NCBI GenBank assembly: GCA_938028975.1 | Contig: CALHES010000009.1 | Span: 32,792 to 96,791, forward strand | Direction: 5' to 3' | From: an uncultured Clostridia bacterium | GTDB lineage: Bacteria; Bacillota; Clostridia; Oscillospirales; Acutalibacteraceae | Length of the DNA stretch: 64,000 bases | Shown here: positions 48,739 to 58,776 of the stretch, piece by piece | Numbering within the stretch: position 1 is the stretch's first letter | How the letters are laid out: each line of letters begins with the position of its first letter | Position numbers and translations under genes: made by a program | Notes under the pieces: model-generated | The model's database searches: none | Seen by the model: only the letters and a program-made list of their open reading frames with translations | Told to the model about the DNA's origin: nothing

Positions 48739-49818
48739 ATGAAATCAAAAATTACTGCGCTGCTGCTTGTTGTATTAACCTTGTTTTCGTTTACCGCCTG
48801 TTCGGCAAATATTTCACAAAATACCGTTGAAGAAACAACGGCGGCACAAACTGAAAATAACAATGACTTAATCGTGCATTTTATTGATGTGGGTCAAGGG
48901 GACAGCGAGTTTATTCAGTTCCCAAACGGTACTAATATGCTTATTGACGCCGGTGAAACCGATAAGGGTCAGGTTGTTTGCGATTATTTAAAATCCCTTG
49001 GCGTAAATACAATTAATTATGTTGTTGCTACTCATCCTCATTCGGACCATATCGGCGGTTTTGGCGATGTATTTGATAATTTTAATGTTCAAACGGTTTA
49101 TATGCCAAATGCCGTATCAACTTCATATTGTTTTGAAACATTGCTTGATAAAATAGAGGCGCAGGGATGTAAAACCGTTCAGGCAAAAAACGGCGTAACC
49201 GTTATAAATGAAAACAGCTTAACAGCGTCTTTTCTTTCGCCTGTAGATGATGAGTATGATGAGTTAAACGATTATTCCGCTGTTTTAAAAGTCAGCTATG
49301 GCGAAACGTCGTTTTTGTTTATGGGCGATGCCGAATCGCTTGTGGAAAATGAAATAAAGTCCAATGTTTCGGCAGATGTTATAAAAGTTGGGCATCACGG
49401 CTCTAAAACCTCGTCAAGTGAGGATTTTGTAAATCGCGTACACCCTAAATATGCCGTTTTTGAAGTTGGCAGTGACAACTCATACGGACATCCCGTTTCT
49501 TCTGTTGTTGAACGTTATAAAAATGTTGGGGCAGAAATTTTAAGAACCGATAAAAACGGAAATATTGTAATTACTTCTGACGGAAAAAATATAAATGTTT
49601 CCGTCAGTGAAGATAAAAATGTAAATTCAAATGACGCCGCACAAACAACAAGTGAATATAAATGGGTTTTAAATAAAAAATCCAAAAAAATTCATTATCC
49701 AAGTTGCGGTTCTTTAAATAATACAAAGGATGAAAACAAGGAATATTCAAACGAAAGCATAGTAAATCTTGAAAAAAGCGGATATACCTGTTGTAAATCC
49801 TGTAATCCAAGTGAGTAA
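48739..49818 (+). CDS. Lipoprotein with a ComEC/Rec2-type metallo-beta-lactamase domain and a Cys-rich C-terminal tail
   Basis: Lipobox LFSFTAC|S. MBL motifs VATHPHSDHIGG...VGHHGS. C-terminal YPSCGS...GYTCCKSCNP putative metal-binding tail. Inserted between hisD and hisB. Confidence 0.7.
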   Translation: MKSKITALLLVVLTLFSFTACSANISQNTVEETTAAQTENNNDLIVHFIDVGQGDSEFIQFPNGTNMLIDAGETDKGQVVCDYLKSLGVNTINYVVATHPHSDHIGGFGDVFDNFNVQTVYMPNAVSTSYCFETLLDKIEAQGCKTVQAKNGVTVINENSLTASFLSPVDDEYDELNDYSAVLKVSYGETSFLFMGDAESLVENEIKSNVSADVIKVGHHGSKTSSSEDFVNRVHPKYAVFEVGSDNSYGHPVSSVVERYKNVGAEILRTDKNGNIVITSDGKNINVSVSEDKNVNSNDAAQTTSEYKWVLNKKSKKIHYPSCGSLNNTKDENKEYSNESIVNLEKSGYTCCKSCNPSE

Positions 49819-49819
49819 T

Positions 49820-50020
49820 ATGAAAATAGTTATAGACAGAATTGAAAATGAAATTGCTGTTTGCAACCTTGAAAACAACAGTGTTGTTAATGTGCCTGCC
49901 GTTATTTTTGAAAATGCAAAAGAAGGCGCAGTTTATGATATTGTTTTGGATTCAAAGGAACAGCAAAGGCGTGAGGAAAAAGCAAAAAAGCGTTTAAACG
50001 CATTGTTTGATAAGGAGTAA
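49820..50020 (+). CDS. DUF3006 family small protein, typical neighbour of ComEC-like MBL genes
   Basis: MKIVIDRIENEIAVCNLENNSVVNVPAVIFENAKEGAVYDIVLD matches the DUF3006 pattern (M..IDR.E...AV.E.......V.....LP.GAKEGDV). ATG overlaps the stop of the upstream MBL gene. Confidence 0.55.
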   Translation: MKIVIDRIENEIAVCNLENNSVVNVPAVIFENAKEGAVYDIVLDSKEQQRREEKAKKRLNALFDKE

Positions 50021-50023
50021 ATT

Positions 50024-50599
50024 ATGAGAACTGCTGAAATTGAAAGAAACACAAAAGAAACACAAATTAAGCTGTCTTTAAATCTTGACGGCGGCGATGT
50101 TAATATTTCAACAGGCATCGGCTTTTTTGACCATATGTTAACTGCTTTTGCGGTTCACGGCGGTTTTGGCTTAACTGTTAATGTTGCGGGCGATTTAAAT
50201 GTAGACACTCATCATACGGTGGAGGATACAGGCATCGTTTTAGGCAAAGCTTTTAAAATTGCTCTTGGTGAAATGAATAATATTAACCGTTACGGCTCTT
50301 TTTATATTCCTATGGATGAAAGTTTGGCTCATTGTGCTCTTGATATTTCAAACAGACCGTTTCTTGTGTTTAATGCCGATTTCAACGAAGAAAGATGCGG
50401 CGAATACGAAACTTGTTGCACCGAGGAGTTTTTCCGTGCTTTTGCCGTTAACGCAGGCATTACATTGCATTTAAATGTGCTTTACGGTTATAATTCTCAT
50501 CATGAAATTGAAGCTTTGTTTAAAGCTTTTGCTCATGCAATGAAAATTGCCGTTGCCCATAATGATAATGAAATTCTTTCTACAAAAGGTGTTTTATAA
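50024..50599 (+). CDS. hisB: Imidazoleglycerol-phosphate dehydratase
   Basis: RNTKETQI...GIGFFDHML...HHTVEDTGIVLG IGPD motifs. 191 aa. Confidence 0.9.
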   Translation: MRTAEIERNTKETQIKLSLNLDGGDVNISTGIGFFDHMLTAFAVHGGFGLTVNVAGDLNVDTHHTVEDTGIVLGKAFKIALGEMNNINRYGSFYIPMDESLAHCALDISNRPFLVFNADFNEERCGEYETCCTEEFFRAFAVNAGITLHLNVLYGYNSHHEIEALFKAFAHAMKIAVAHNDNEILSTKGVL

Positions 50600-51315
50600 T
50601 GATAATTTTTCCTGCTATAGATGTTATAAACGGTAAGCCTGTAAGGCTTTTTAAAGGCGATTTTTCTACTGCTCATCAAGTTGCGGCAGACGCTCTTGAA
50701 ACTGCAAATAATTTTGTAAAAGCCGGTGCAAAGTGGATTCATATGGTGGATTTGGACGGTTCCTTGAAAAAAGAACCGGTAAACAGCGAAACTTTTATTG
50801 CAGTTGCTAATGAAACTTCACTTAAAGTTGAATTAGGCGGCGGTATTCGCAAAATTCAAGATATAGATTTTTATATAAACAAGGGAATTGAACGGATTAT
50901 TTTAGGCTCTGTGGCGCTTAAAAACCCAAATCTTGTTAAAGAGGCTGTTGCCGAATTCGGAGAAAAAATAGCTGTTGGCATAGATGCCAAAAATGAATAT
51001 GTAGCTACCGAGGGATGGACGGAAAGTTCAAACGTTCATTATATTGAACTTGCAAAGCGTATGGAAAATGCAGGTGTTAAAACTATTATTTATACGGATA
51101 TTTCCAAAGACGGAACTTTGACAGGCCCTAATTTTGAACAGTTAAATAAAATAAACGGCGCTGTTTCCTGCAATATAACCGCTTCCGGCGGCGTAACAAA
51201 TATCGGTGATATTAAAGGCTTAAAGGATGCAGGGCTTTACGGCGCAATTTGCGGAAAAAGCCTTTATAATAAAACTTTGGATTTGGCTGAAGCAATTAAG
51301 GTGTGTGAAAAATGA
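50599..51315 (+). CDS. hisA: ProFAR isomerase (1-(5-phosphoribosyl)-5-[(5-phosphoribosylamino)methylideneamino]imidazole-4-carboxamide isomerase)
   Basis: [22 protein letters not shown] is the HisA-type (not HisF-type) N-terminus. 238 aa. Confidence 0.85.
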   Translation: MIIFPAIDVINGKPVRLFKGDFSTAHQVAADALETANNFVKAGAKWIHMVDLDGSLKKEPVNSETFIAVANETSLKVELGGGIRKIQDIDFYINKGIERIILGSVALKNPNLVKEAVAEFGEKIAVGIDAKNEYVATEGWTESSNVHYIELAKRMENAGVKTIIYTDISKDGTLTGPNFEQLNKINGAVSCNITASGGVTNIGDIKGLKDAGLYGAICGKSLYNKTLDLAEAIKVCEK

Positions 51316-51626
51316 ATTTAGATAAATATTTTGTAAAAAGTGATTTAATTCCCGCTGTTGTGCAGGAAGAATCAACGGGTGAGGTTTTAATGCTTGCCTA
51401 TATGAATAAAGAATCAATGGCAAAAACCATTGAAACAGGTTATACTTGGTTTTGGTCAAGAAGCAGGCAGGAACTTTGGAATAAAGGGGCAACAAGCGGT
51501 CATTTGCAAAAGGTTGTTTCTATTTCAGGCGATTGTGATAACGATACTTTGTTGGTTAAAGTAATTCAAACCGGCGCTGCATGCCACACAGGCAATCACA
51601 GCTGTTTTTTCAATAAAATTTTATAA
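51312..51626 (+). CDS. hisI: Phosphoribosyl-AMP cyclohydrolase (stand-alone, not fused to HisE)
   Basis: LIPAVVQE...[17 protein letters not shown]...CDNDTLL...GAACHTG motifs. Confidence 0.85.
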   Translation: MNLDKYFVKSDLIPAVVQEESTGEVLMLAYMNKESMAKTIETGYTWFWSRSRQELWNKGATSGHLQKVVSISGDCDNDTLLVKVIQTGAACHTGNHSCFFNKIL

Positions 51627-51644
51627 GGTTTAAAGGTTAATATT

Positions 51645-51968
51645 ATGGATTTAATTAAAAACGAATATCAGGTTATTATAGACAGAAAAAACGAGCAGGC
51701 AGAAGGTTCTTATACTGCTTACCTTTTTGAACAGGGAATTGATAAAATTCTTAAAAAGGTGGGCGAAGAATGTACAGAAACAATAGTTGCCGCAAAAAAT
51801 AACGATAAAGACGAAACCGTTTATGAAATTACGGATTTAATTTATCACACCTTGGTTTTAATGGCTTATCAGGGAATAACTCCCGAAGATGTTGAAGCAG
51901 AACTTGAAAAAAGAGCTGCTAAAAGAGGCAATCTTAAAAAATTTCATCAGGTGGATAAAAATTCATAA
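51645..51968 (+). CDS. hisE: Phosphoribosyl-ATP pyrophosphatase (stand-alone)
   Basis: SYTAYLFEQGIDKILKKVGEECTETIVAAKN...EITDLIYHTLVL MazG-like HisE signature. Confidence 0.85.
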   Translation: MDLIKNEYQVIIDRKNEQAEGSYTAYLFEQGIDKILKKVGEECTETIVAAKNNDKDETVYEITDLIYHTLVLMAYQGITPEDVEAELEKRAAKRGNLKKFHQVDKNS

Positions 51969-53992
51969 TGGCGTACAAAAAATGGATTATAGCAGATGCA
52001 GACAAAGAAAAAGCTTCTGTTTTAAGTGAAAAATTTAATATAGACCCGTTTATTTCATTTTTAATGGTTGCAAGGGGAATAGACAATGATTTGGCATTTT
52101 CCGATTTTCTTTCGTCTTCTTTTGAATTTTCCGACCCGTTTTGTTTGGCAGATATGGATAAAGCGGTGAACAGAATTGAAGCCGCTGTAGCCGATAATGA
52201 AAAAATAACTGTTTACGGCGACTATGATTGCGACGGTGTAACATCTACGGCACTTCTTGTATCTCTTTTAAAAGAGATGGGTGCCGATGTTGATTTTTAT
52301 ATCCCTTCAAGAGAAAAAGAGGGTTACGGTTTAAATATTTCCGCTATTGATAAAATAAAAGAAAATAATACAGATTTAATTATAACTGTTGATAACGGCA
52401 TTGCTTCTGTTGATGAGGCAAATTATATTTCCTCATTGGGTATGGATTTGGTAATTACAGACCATCACCAACTTGGTGAAACTTTGCCAAATGCTGTTGC
52501 CGTTGTTAATCCCTACAGACCTGAAAATAACATTCGTTTTCGTGATATTTGCGGCGTCGGCGTTGCTTTTAAGCTTGCATGTGCTCTTTACGGCGATACG
52601 GATGATATGCTTTATACTTACGGCGATCTCGTTGCTATCGGCACAATCGCCGATATGGTTCCTCTTTTAAGTGAAAACAGAGGCTTTGTTAAAACCGGAT
52701 TAAAACTTATAAATTCCGGCAACCGACCCGGTATAGCCGCATTGAAAAAAATTGCCGGCGGTGATAAAATATTTACTTCCACAGACACGGCATTTTTAAT
52801 TTGCCCAAGAATTAATGCAACCGGCAGAATAGACAGCGCGTCTGTTGCTGTTGAATTGCTTTTGTGCGATAATGAAGAAGATGCAAACCGCCTTGCGGCA
52901 AAGCTTAACGATGATAATGTGCGCCGTCAGGAATTGGAACAGGAAATTTATAATGATGTAAAAAAACAAATTGAAAATAACAAAAGCCTTGTGGAAAACA
53001 GAGTCATTGTTATTTCAGGTGCAGAATATCATCACGGCATAGTCGGCATAGTTGCATCACGAATTCTTGACGAATATTCAAAACCCGTAATTATTATCGG
53101 CGAGGGAGAGGACGGATTTGCCCGTGGCTCTGCCAGAAGCGTAGACGGATTTAATATTTTCGAGGCAATATCATATTGTAAAGATTTATTAATTCAATTC
53201 GGCGGTCATCCCCGTGCCGCAGGTATGGGGCTTGTTAACAGTGCCGTTAATGATTTTCGTGAAAAAATAAATGAATATGCCAATAATAATTATGACGTTA
53301 TGCCTTGCCAAGCAATAAATATTGATTGCAAGCTTTCACCTTTTTATCTTGATATCGGTCTTGTAGACAGTTTGAACATTATGGAGCCTTTTGGAGAAAA
53401 TAATCCAAAAGCGGTTTTTGCTTTAACAGGGCTTAATTTATTGGCTGTTGTTCCCCTTTCAAATGGAAAGCACGTTCGACTTGAATGTGAAAAAAAGGGT
53501 AAAAAAATTAAAATAGTAAAATTCAGAACTTCGGCAGATAATTTTCCGTTTAAAGCTCACGATAAAATAGATGTTGCCGTAAGAATATCAAAAAATTTAT
53601 ATAACGGCAAAGAATATCTTTCCGTGCAGGCTGTTGATGTTCGATTGTCCGGAATTGATGAGAAAAAATATTTTAACGAAAAAACGGTTTATGAAAAGTT
53701 TTTGATTAATAAAAACAATGATTCTTCCGTTGTCCCCAATAAAACCGACTGTGCATATATTTATAAGTTTTTAAAAGCAAATAACGGCTGGCACGGTGAT
53801 TTTGACAGCTTGTATTTTAGATTGAAAGATATTACATACGGTAAATTAAAATTTGCTTTTGCAATTTTTGAAGAATGCGGATTTATTAAGTATGACGGTA
53901 AAAAAATCACTCTTTTAAACGTTGCTTCTAAAGTTGATTTAACTCAAACAAATACTATGAAATCCTTGAAAGGAAGACTTAATCTTGGCTGA
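51968..53992 (+). CDS. recJ: Single-stranded-DNA-specific exonuclease RecJ
   Basis: DHH motifs (YGDYDCDGVTS, DHH in VITDHHQ), DHHA1 domain (GGHPRAAG) and C-terminal OB-like domain. Confidence 0.9.
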   Translation: MAYKKWIIADADKEKASVLSEKFNIDPFISFLMVARGIDNDLAFSDFLSSSFEFSDPFCLADMDKAVNRIEAAVADNEKITVYGDYDCDGVTSTALLVSLLKEMGADVDFYIPSREKEGYGLNISAIDKIKENNTDLIITVDNGIASVDEANYISSLGMDLVITDHHQLGETLPNAVAVVNPYRPENNIRFRDICGVGVAFKLACALYGDTDDMLYTYGDLVAIGTIADMVPLLSENRGFVKTGLKLINSGNRPGIAALKKIAGGDKIFTSTDTAFLICPRINATGRIDSASVAVELLLCDNEEDANRLAAKLNDDNVRRQELEQEIYNDVKKQIENNKSLVENRVIVISGAEYHHGIVGIVASRILDEYSKPVIIIGEGEDGFARGSARSVDGFNIFEAISYCKDLLIQFGGHPRAAGMGLVNSAVNDFREKINEYANNNYDVMPCQAINIDCKLSPFYLDIGLVDSLNIMEPFGENNPKAVFALTGLNLLAVVPLSNGKHVRLECEKKGKKIKIVKFRTSADNFPFKAHDKIDVAVRISKNLYNGKEYLSVQAVDVRLSGIDEKKYFNEKTVYEKFLINKNNDSSVVPNKTDCAYIYKFLKANNGWHGDFDSLYFRLKDITYGKLKFAFAIFEECGFIKYDGKKITLLNVASKVDLTQTNTMKSLKGRLNLG

Positions 53993-56171
53993 ATATAACG
54001 ATGGATTTGCGGCTTTTTTTGAAGAAGTAAAAAAGAATCCTCAATATGATTGCGATAAAATTAAACAAGCGTATGATTTGGCAAAAGAGGCTCATAAAAA
54101 CCAAAAAAGAAGGTCCGGCGAGCCGTACATTATGCATCCGGTTGCCGTGGCTCAAATTTTGTTTAAATTGGGTATGGATAATGAATGTATAATCAGTGCG
54201 TTGCTTCATGACGTTGTTGAAGATACGGAATATGATTTGCCTTATATTAAAGAGCATTTCGGCGATGATGTGGAACTTCTTGTTGACGGCGTAACAAAAT
54301 TGGGTCAAATTCCTTTGTCAACACGTGAAGAGGTTCAAGCCGAAAACATAAGAAAAATGTTTATGGCAATGAATAAGGATGTGCGTGTTATTATTATTAA
54401 ACTTGCCGACCGTCTTCACAATATGCGCACTCTTCAGCATATGCCTGATTATAAGCAAAGAGAAAAAAGCCTTGAAACTCTTGAAATTTACGCTCCCATT
54501 GCTCACCGTTTAGGTATTCGTGCCATTAAAGAAGAACTTGAGGATTTGGCTGTAAAATATCTTGACCCTATTGCTTATAAAGAAATTGAAGACTCTCTTT
54601 CAATGAAAAATGAAGAGGGTCAAAAGTTTTTAAATGATATTAAAGAACAAATAAGCAGCAGAATTACTCCTGTTATTAAAAATGTAAACATTACATCACG
54701 TGTAAAATCGGTTCACGGCATTTTCAGAAAGGTTTATATTAAAGGTAAATCTTTTGAAGAAATTTATGATATTTATGCAGTTCGCATTATAGTTGATACT
54801 ATGATAGACTGTTATAATGCACTTGGTATTGTTCATGATATGTATAAACCTATTCCCGGCAGGTTTAAAGATTATATTTCAACACCTAAGCCTAATATGT
54901 ATCAATCTTTGCATACCACTGTGCTTTCGGATAAGGGCGTTCCCTTTGAAATTCAAATAAGAACTTGGGAAATGCACAAAACTGCCGAATTCGGTATTGC
55001 CGCTCACTGGAAATATAAGTTGGGCAAAGGCGGAAAAGACAGTTTGGACGCAGGACTCTCTTGGATTCATCAAATGCTTGAAACAGGTGAAGAATCTTCT
55101 TCTGCCGAAGATTTAATGGCAAACATTAAAGGCGATTTGTCTGTTGAAGAAGTTTATGTGTTTACGCCAAAGGGCGACGTTAAAAGTTTGCCCACGGGTT
55201 CAACTGTTATTGACTTTGCTTACGCTATTCATTCAGCCGTAGGTAACAAAATGATTGGCGCAAAGGTTGACGGCAGAATAGTTCCGCTTGATTATAAAGT
55301 TAAAACAGGTGAAAGAATTGAAGTTTTAACTTCAAATCAGCAGGGTAAAGGCCCCAGCAGAGATTGGCTTGCCATTGTTAAAACAGGTGAGGCAAGAAAT
55401 AAAATACGTTCTTGGTTCAAAAAAGAAAAGCGTGAAGAAAATATTGAAGAGGGTAAGGCTGTTGTTGAAAAAGAACTTCGCAGAAATTTCATAAGGCTTT
55501 CCCAAGAACAGTATGATAAATTTATAGAAAAAATTGCCGAAAGGCAGCATTATACCCATGTAGATGAATTTTATGCCGCAGTAGGTTACGGCGGTATTCA
55601 GTTTAACAGGCTTATGCCTGGTATAAAAGATGAATATAACCGTAATTGGAAAGAGGATAAGGAACTTGAAAAAGCGGCTAAAAGCATTATAGAAAAGCCT
55701 AAAACCGCACCTTCCGGTAACGGCGTTATAGTTGAGGGCATAGATAACTGCCTTATTAATATGGCAAAATGCTGCAGTCCTCTTCCCGGTGAAGAAATTA
55801 TAGGCTTTATTACCCGTGGTCACGGCTTGTCTATTCATAAAAGAAACTGCGTTAATGTGCCGGAAGATTTGGAGCATTGCGCAGAGCCGGAAAGATGGAT
55901 TAAAGCCCATTGGGACGAAAATGTTAAAATTGAATCCAAATCCACTCTTGATGTTTATGCTATTGACAGAGACGGCGTAGTTCTTGATATTACAAGTACG
56001 TTAATGAATATGCATGTTAAAATTCATTCCATTAACGCCCGACCTATTAATGACGGAAATTGTTTAACAACTTTAACCGTTGCCGTTAACAGCAAAGAGC
56101 ATCTTGATAATATTGTAAGAATTATAAGAAAAATCGAGGGTGTGTATCATATTGAAAGAAGTGTGGTTTAA
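53985..56171 (+). CDS. relA: Bifunctional (p)ppGpp synthetase/hydrolase Rel/SpoT
   Basis: HD hydrolase motif (HPVAVAQIL...LHDVVEDT), RelA/SpoT synthetase domain (YxSLHTTV), TGS and C-terminal ACT domains. 728 aa. recJ-relA-dtd order as in Bacillus. Confidence 0.9.
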   Translation: MAEYNDGFAAFFEEVKKNPQYDCDKIKQAYDLAKEAHKNQKRRSGEPYIMHPVAVAQILFKLGMDNECIISALLHDVVEDTEYDLPYIKEHFGDDVELLVDGVTKLGQIPLSTREEVQAENIRKMFMAMNKDVRVIIIKLADRLHNMRTLQHMPDYKQREKSLETLEIYAPIAHRLGIRAIKEELEDLAVKYLDPIAYKEIEDSLSMKNEEGQKFLNDIKEQISSRITPVIKNVNITSRVKSVHGIFRKVYIKGKSFEEIYDIYAVRIIVDTMIDCYNALGIVHDMYKPIPGRFKDYISTPKPNMYQSLHTTVLSDKGVPFEIQIRTWEMHKTAEFGIAAHWKYKLGKGGKDSLDAGLSWIHQMLETGEESSSAEDLMANIKGDLSVEEVYVFTPKGDVKSLPTGSTVIDFAYAIHSAVGNKMIGAKVDGRIVPLDYKVKTGERIEVLTSNQQGKGPSRDWLAIVKTGEARNKIRSWFKKEKREENIEEGKAVVEKELRRNFIRLSQEQYDKFIEKIAERQHYTHVDEFYAAVGYGGIQFNRLMPGIKDEYNRNWKEDKELEKAAKSIIEKPKTAPSGNGVIVEGIDNCLINMAKCCSPLPGEEIIGFITRGHGLSIHKRNCVNVPEDLEHCAEPERWIKAHWDENVKIESKSTLDVYAIDRDGVVLDITSTLMNMHVKIHSINARPINDGNCLTTLTVAVNSKEHLDNIVRIIRKIEGVYHIERSVV

Positions 56172-56623
56172 TGAAGGCTGTTTTACAGCGTGTTATTAAT
56201 TCAAGTGTTGAAATAAACGGTGAAATTGCAGGCTCCGTAAACAAAGGGTTTATGATTTTGCTTGGTGTTGAACAGGGCGATACTGCCGCAGATGCCGATA
56301 AATTAATTAAAAAAATTCCGTTCTTGCGTGTTTTTGAAGATGAAAACGGAAAAATGAATTTATCTTGTCTTGATATAAACGGTGAAATACTTGTAATTTC
56401 TCAATTTACTCTTTGCGCCGATTGTTCTCACGGCAGACGCCCCGGCTTTACCGATTCCGCACCTCCGGACATTGCAAATGAGCTTTATGAATATTTTATT
56501 GAACAGTTAAAACAAAGCGGAATTTCAAAGGTTGCAACCGGTAGGTTCGGTGCCGATATGAAGGTGGCGTTGGTTAATGACGGACCGGTAACAATAATAC
56601 TTAACAGCAAGGAATTAAAATAA
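56171..56623 (+). CDS. dtd: D-aminoacyl-tRNA deacylase
   Basis: MKAVLQRV...SQFTL...GxFGADMKV Dtd signature. 150 aa. Confidence 0.9.
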   Translation: MKAVLQRVINSSVEINGEIAGSVNKGFMILLGVEQGDTAADADKLIKKIPFLRVFEDENGKMNLSCLDINGEILVISQFTLCADCSHGRRPGFTDSAPPDIANELYEYFIEQLKQSGISKVATGRFGADMKVALVNDGPVTIILNSKELK

Positions 56624-57237
56624 TGATTAATGTAAAATCTGTTTTATTGGGTGAAATTGCAAATAATTGCTATTTGATTACAGACGCAGAAACAAATAAA
56701 TCCGCTTTGGTGGATTGTACAGAGGCTTCGGCTAAAATGCTTGATTTTATAGGCAATGCCGATTTGGAGTACATCCTTTTAACTCACGGCCATTTTGACC
56801 ATATAGGCGGCGTAAAAGAAATTAAGGAAAAATTCGGCGCAAAGGTTGTTATAAGCAGTCAGGACGAACCTATGCTTTCCTCCGGCAAACTCAGCCTTGC
56901 TGCCTTTTGCGGCGGTGTACAAAATAACACAAGTGCCGATATTTTGGTTAAAGACGGAGATGTTATAGAACTTGGTAAAACAAGCATAAAGGTTATGGCA
57001 ACCCCGGGGCATACAAAAGGCGGCGTTTGCTATATTGCCGATGATTGTATTTTTACAGGAGACACACTGTTTTTTTGCTCTTGCGGCAGAACGGACTTTC
57101 CGGGCGGTTCATTTGATGAAATAAAGCAAAGTTTAAATAAATTAGCCCGGCTTAAAGGCAATTATAAGCTTTATCCGGGGCATGACAGGGTAAGTACTCT
57201 TGATTTTGAAAGAGAAAATAATCCTTATATCAGGTAG
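56623..57237 (+). CDS. MBL-fold metallo-hydrolase (glyoxalase II-like)
   Basis: LLTHGHFDHIGG zinc-binding motif, plus later His/Asp ligands (TPGHTKGG, GHD). Confidence 0.75.
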   Translation: MINVKSVLLGEIANNCYLITDAETNKSALVDCTEASAKMLDFIGNADLEYILLTHGHFDHIGGVKEIKEKFGAKVVISSQDEPMLSSGKLSLAAFCGGVQNNTSADILVKDGDVIELGKTSIKVMATPGHTKGGVCYIADDCIFTGDTLFFCSCGRTDFPGGSFDEIKQSLNKLARLKGNYKLYPGHDRVSTLDFERENNPYIR

Positions 57238-57240
57238 TTT

Positions 57241-58695
57241 ATGGTTATTACAGTTAAAAATCATTCATATGATTATGATATAGAAAACATTGGGGAAATA
57301 TTTTTTCCTTATGAAAAAATTAAAATGTGCTTTGGCGAAGATTATCCCGATGACCCGATTACGGTTAAAACAGAAATTTTAGGCAAAAATGCCATAGCAG
57401 ACGCAAAGGTTTATGATAAGCAATTAAGGCGAGAGCGTGAAATTGCCCCCGATTCGGACGGTAAAAGCGAGCTTTCGCTGGTTTTTTATGATGTTTTGTC
57501 TTCATTGCTTGGCATAGAATATCCTTGGGGCATTCTTTACGGCGTTCGCCCGGCAAGATATTTCCATTCTTTAACAGATAAATTCGGAATTGAAAATGCA
57601 AAAAGTATTTTTAAAAATCAATATCTTGTTACAGATGAGAAAATCAATTTAACACAAACTGTTGCAAATTCGGAAAATAAAATTATTGCTCTTTCAAAAA
57701 GCAACAGCTTTTCTCTTTATGTTTCAATTCCTTTTTGCCCAACCCGCTGTTCGTATTGTTCTTTTGTTTCTCACAGTATTGAAAATACTCATAAGTTAAT
57801 AGGCGAATATGTGGAACTTTTGGCACAAGAGCTTGTTGAAACCGCGAAATACGCAAAGCAATTAAATTTGCGCCTTGAAAGTATTTATTTCGGCGGTGGA
57901 ACGCCAACAACACTTTCTGCATCTCAGCTTGAATTTTTGTTTGAAACAATAAAACAAAATTTTGATTTGTCGTTTTTGCGTGAGTATACTGTTGAAGCCG
58001 GCAGACCCGATACCGTAACGGATGAAAAATTTGAAGTTATGCAAAAATACGGTGTTGGCAGAGTCAGCATAAATCCTCAAACATTTAATGATGATGTGCG
58101 TGAATTTATAGGCAGGCACCATACAACGGCTCAAACGTTAGACGCTTTAAAATCTGCACGAAATGCAGGGTTTGATAATATTAATATGGATTTTATTGCA
58201 GGTCTTCCCACAGAAAGCGAAAAATCTTTTTGCAACAGCATAGATAAAGCTATTGAGCTTGAAGTTCCATCCGTTACCGTTCACACTCTTTCTTTAAAAA
58301 CAGGTGCTTATATGGCAACAAGGGACAGGGCATTTGATTTAACGGATAAATTGCTTGCAAAAAATATGGTCGATTATTCTGCTTATGCTTTAAAAAAAGC
58401 CGGGTATAAACCTTATTATATGTACCGTCAGGGTAAGTGTTTGGGCAACCTTGAAAATGTCGGTTGGTGTAAAGACGGTTATGAATGCCTTTATAATATT
58501 TTTATGATGGATGAAACTCACACTGTTTTGGCGGCAGGTGCAGGGGCGGTTATAAAATTAAAGGATTTTAATACCGGTAAAATAGAACGTATTTATAATT
58601 ATAAGTATCCGTATGAATACATAAGCGGTTTTGATGAAATTTTACGCAGAAAAGAAAAAATTACAAAATTTTACGATAAATATAAACAAAATTAA
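57241..58695 (+). CDS. HemN-family radical SAM protein (coproporphyrinogen-III oxidase-like, HemZ-type with N-terminal extension)
   Basis: YVSIPFCPTRCSYCSF radical SAM motif. HemN C-terminal domain. ~130-aa N-terminal extension as in HemZ. Confidence 0.7.
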   Translation: MVITVKNHSYDYDIENIGEIFFPYEKIKMCFGEDYPDDPITVKTEILGKNAIADAKVYDKQLRREREIAPDSDGKSELSLVFYDVLSSLLGIEYPWGILYGVRPARYFHSLTDKFGIENAKSIFKNQYLVTDEKINLTQTVANSENKIIALSKSNSFSLYVSIPFCPTRCSYCSFVSHSIENTHKLIGEYVELLAQELVETAKYAKQLNLRLESIYFGGGTPTTLSASQLEFLFETIKQNFDLSFLREYTVEAGRPDTVTDEKFEVMQKYGVGRVSINPQTFNDDVREFIGRHHTTAQTLDALKSARNAGFDNINMDFIAGLPTESEKSFCNSIDKAIELEVPSVTVHTLSLKTGAYMATRDRAFDLTDKLLAKNMVDYSAYALKKAGYKPYYMYRQGKCLGNLENVGWCKDGYECLYNIFMMDETHTVLAAGAGAVIKLKDFNTGKIERIYNYKYPYEYISGFDEILRRKEKITKFYDKYKQN

Positions 58696-58776
58696 AATAA
58701 TATACATTTAGTATTGAAATACTTTGCAAATTGTAATATAATTACCGTTAATTACTAATGTAAAGGAGTGGCTTTT

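Noticed and set aside
57365-58134. Several 78-90-aa minus-strand ORFs antisense to the hemZ-like gene
   Set aside because: They lie inside a well-supported radical-SAM gene, have no RBS, and give low-complexity translations. They are shadow ORFs.
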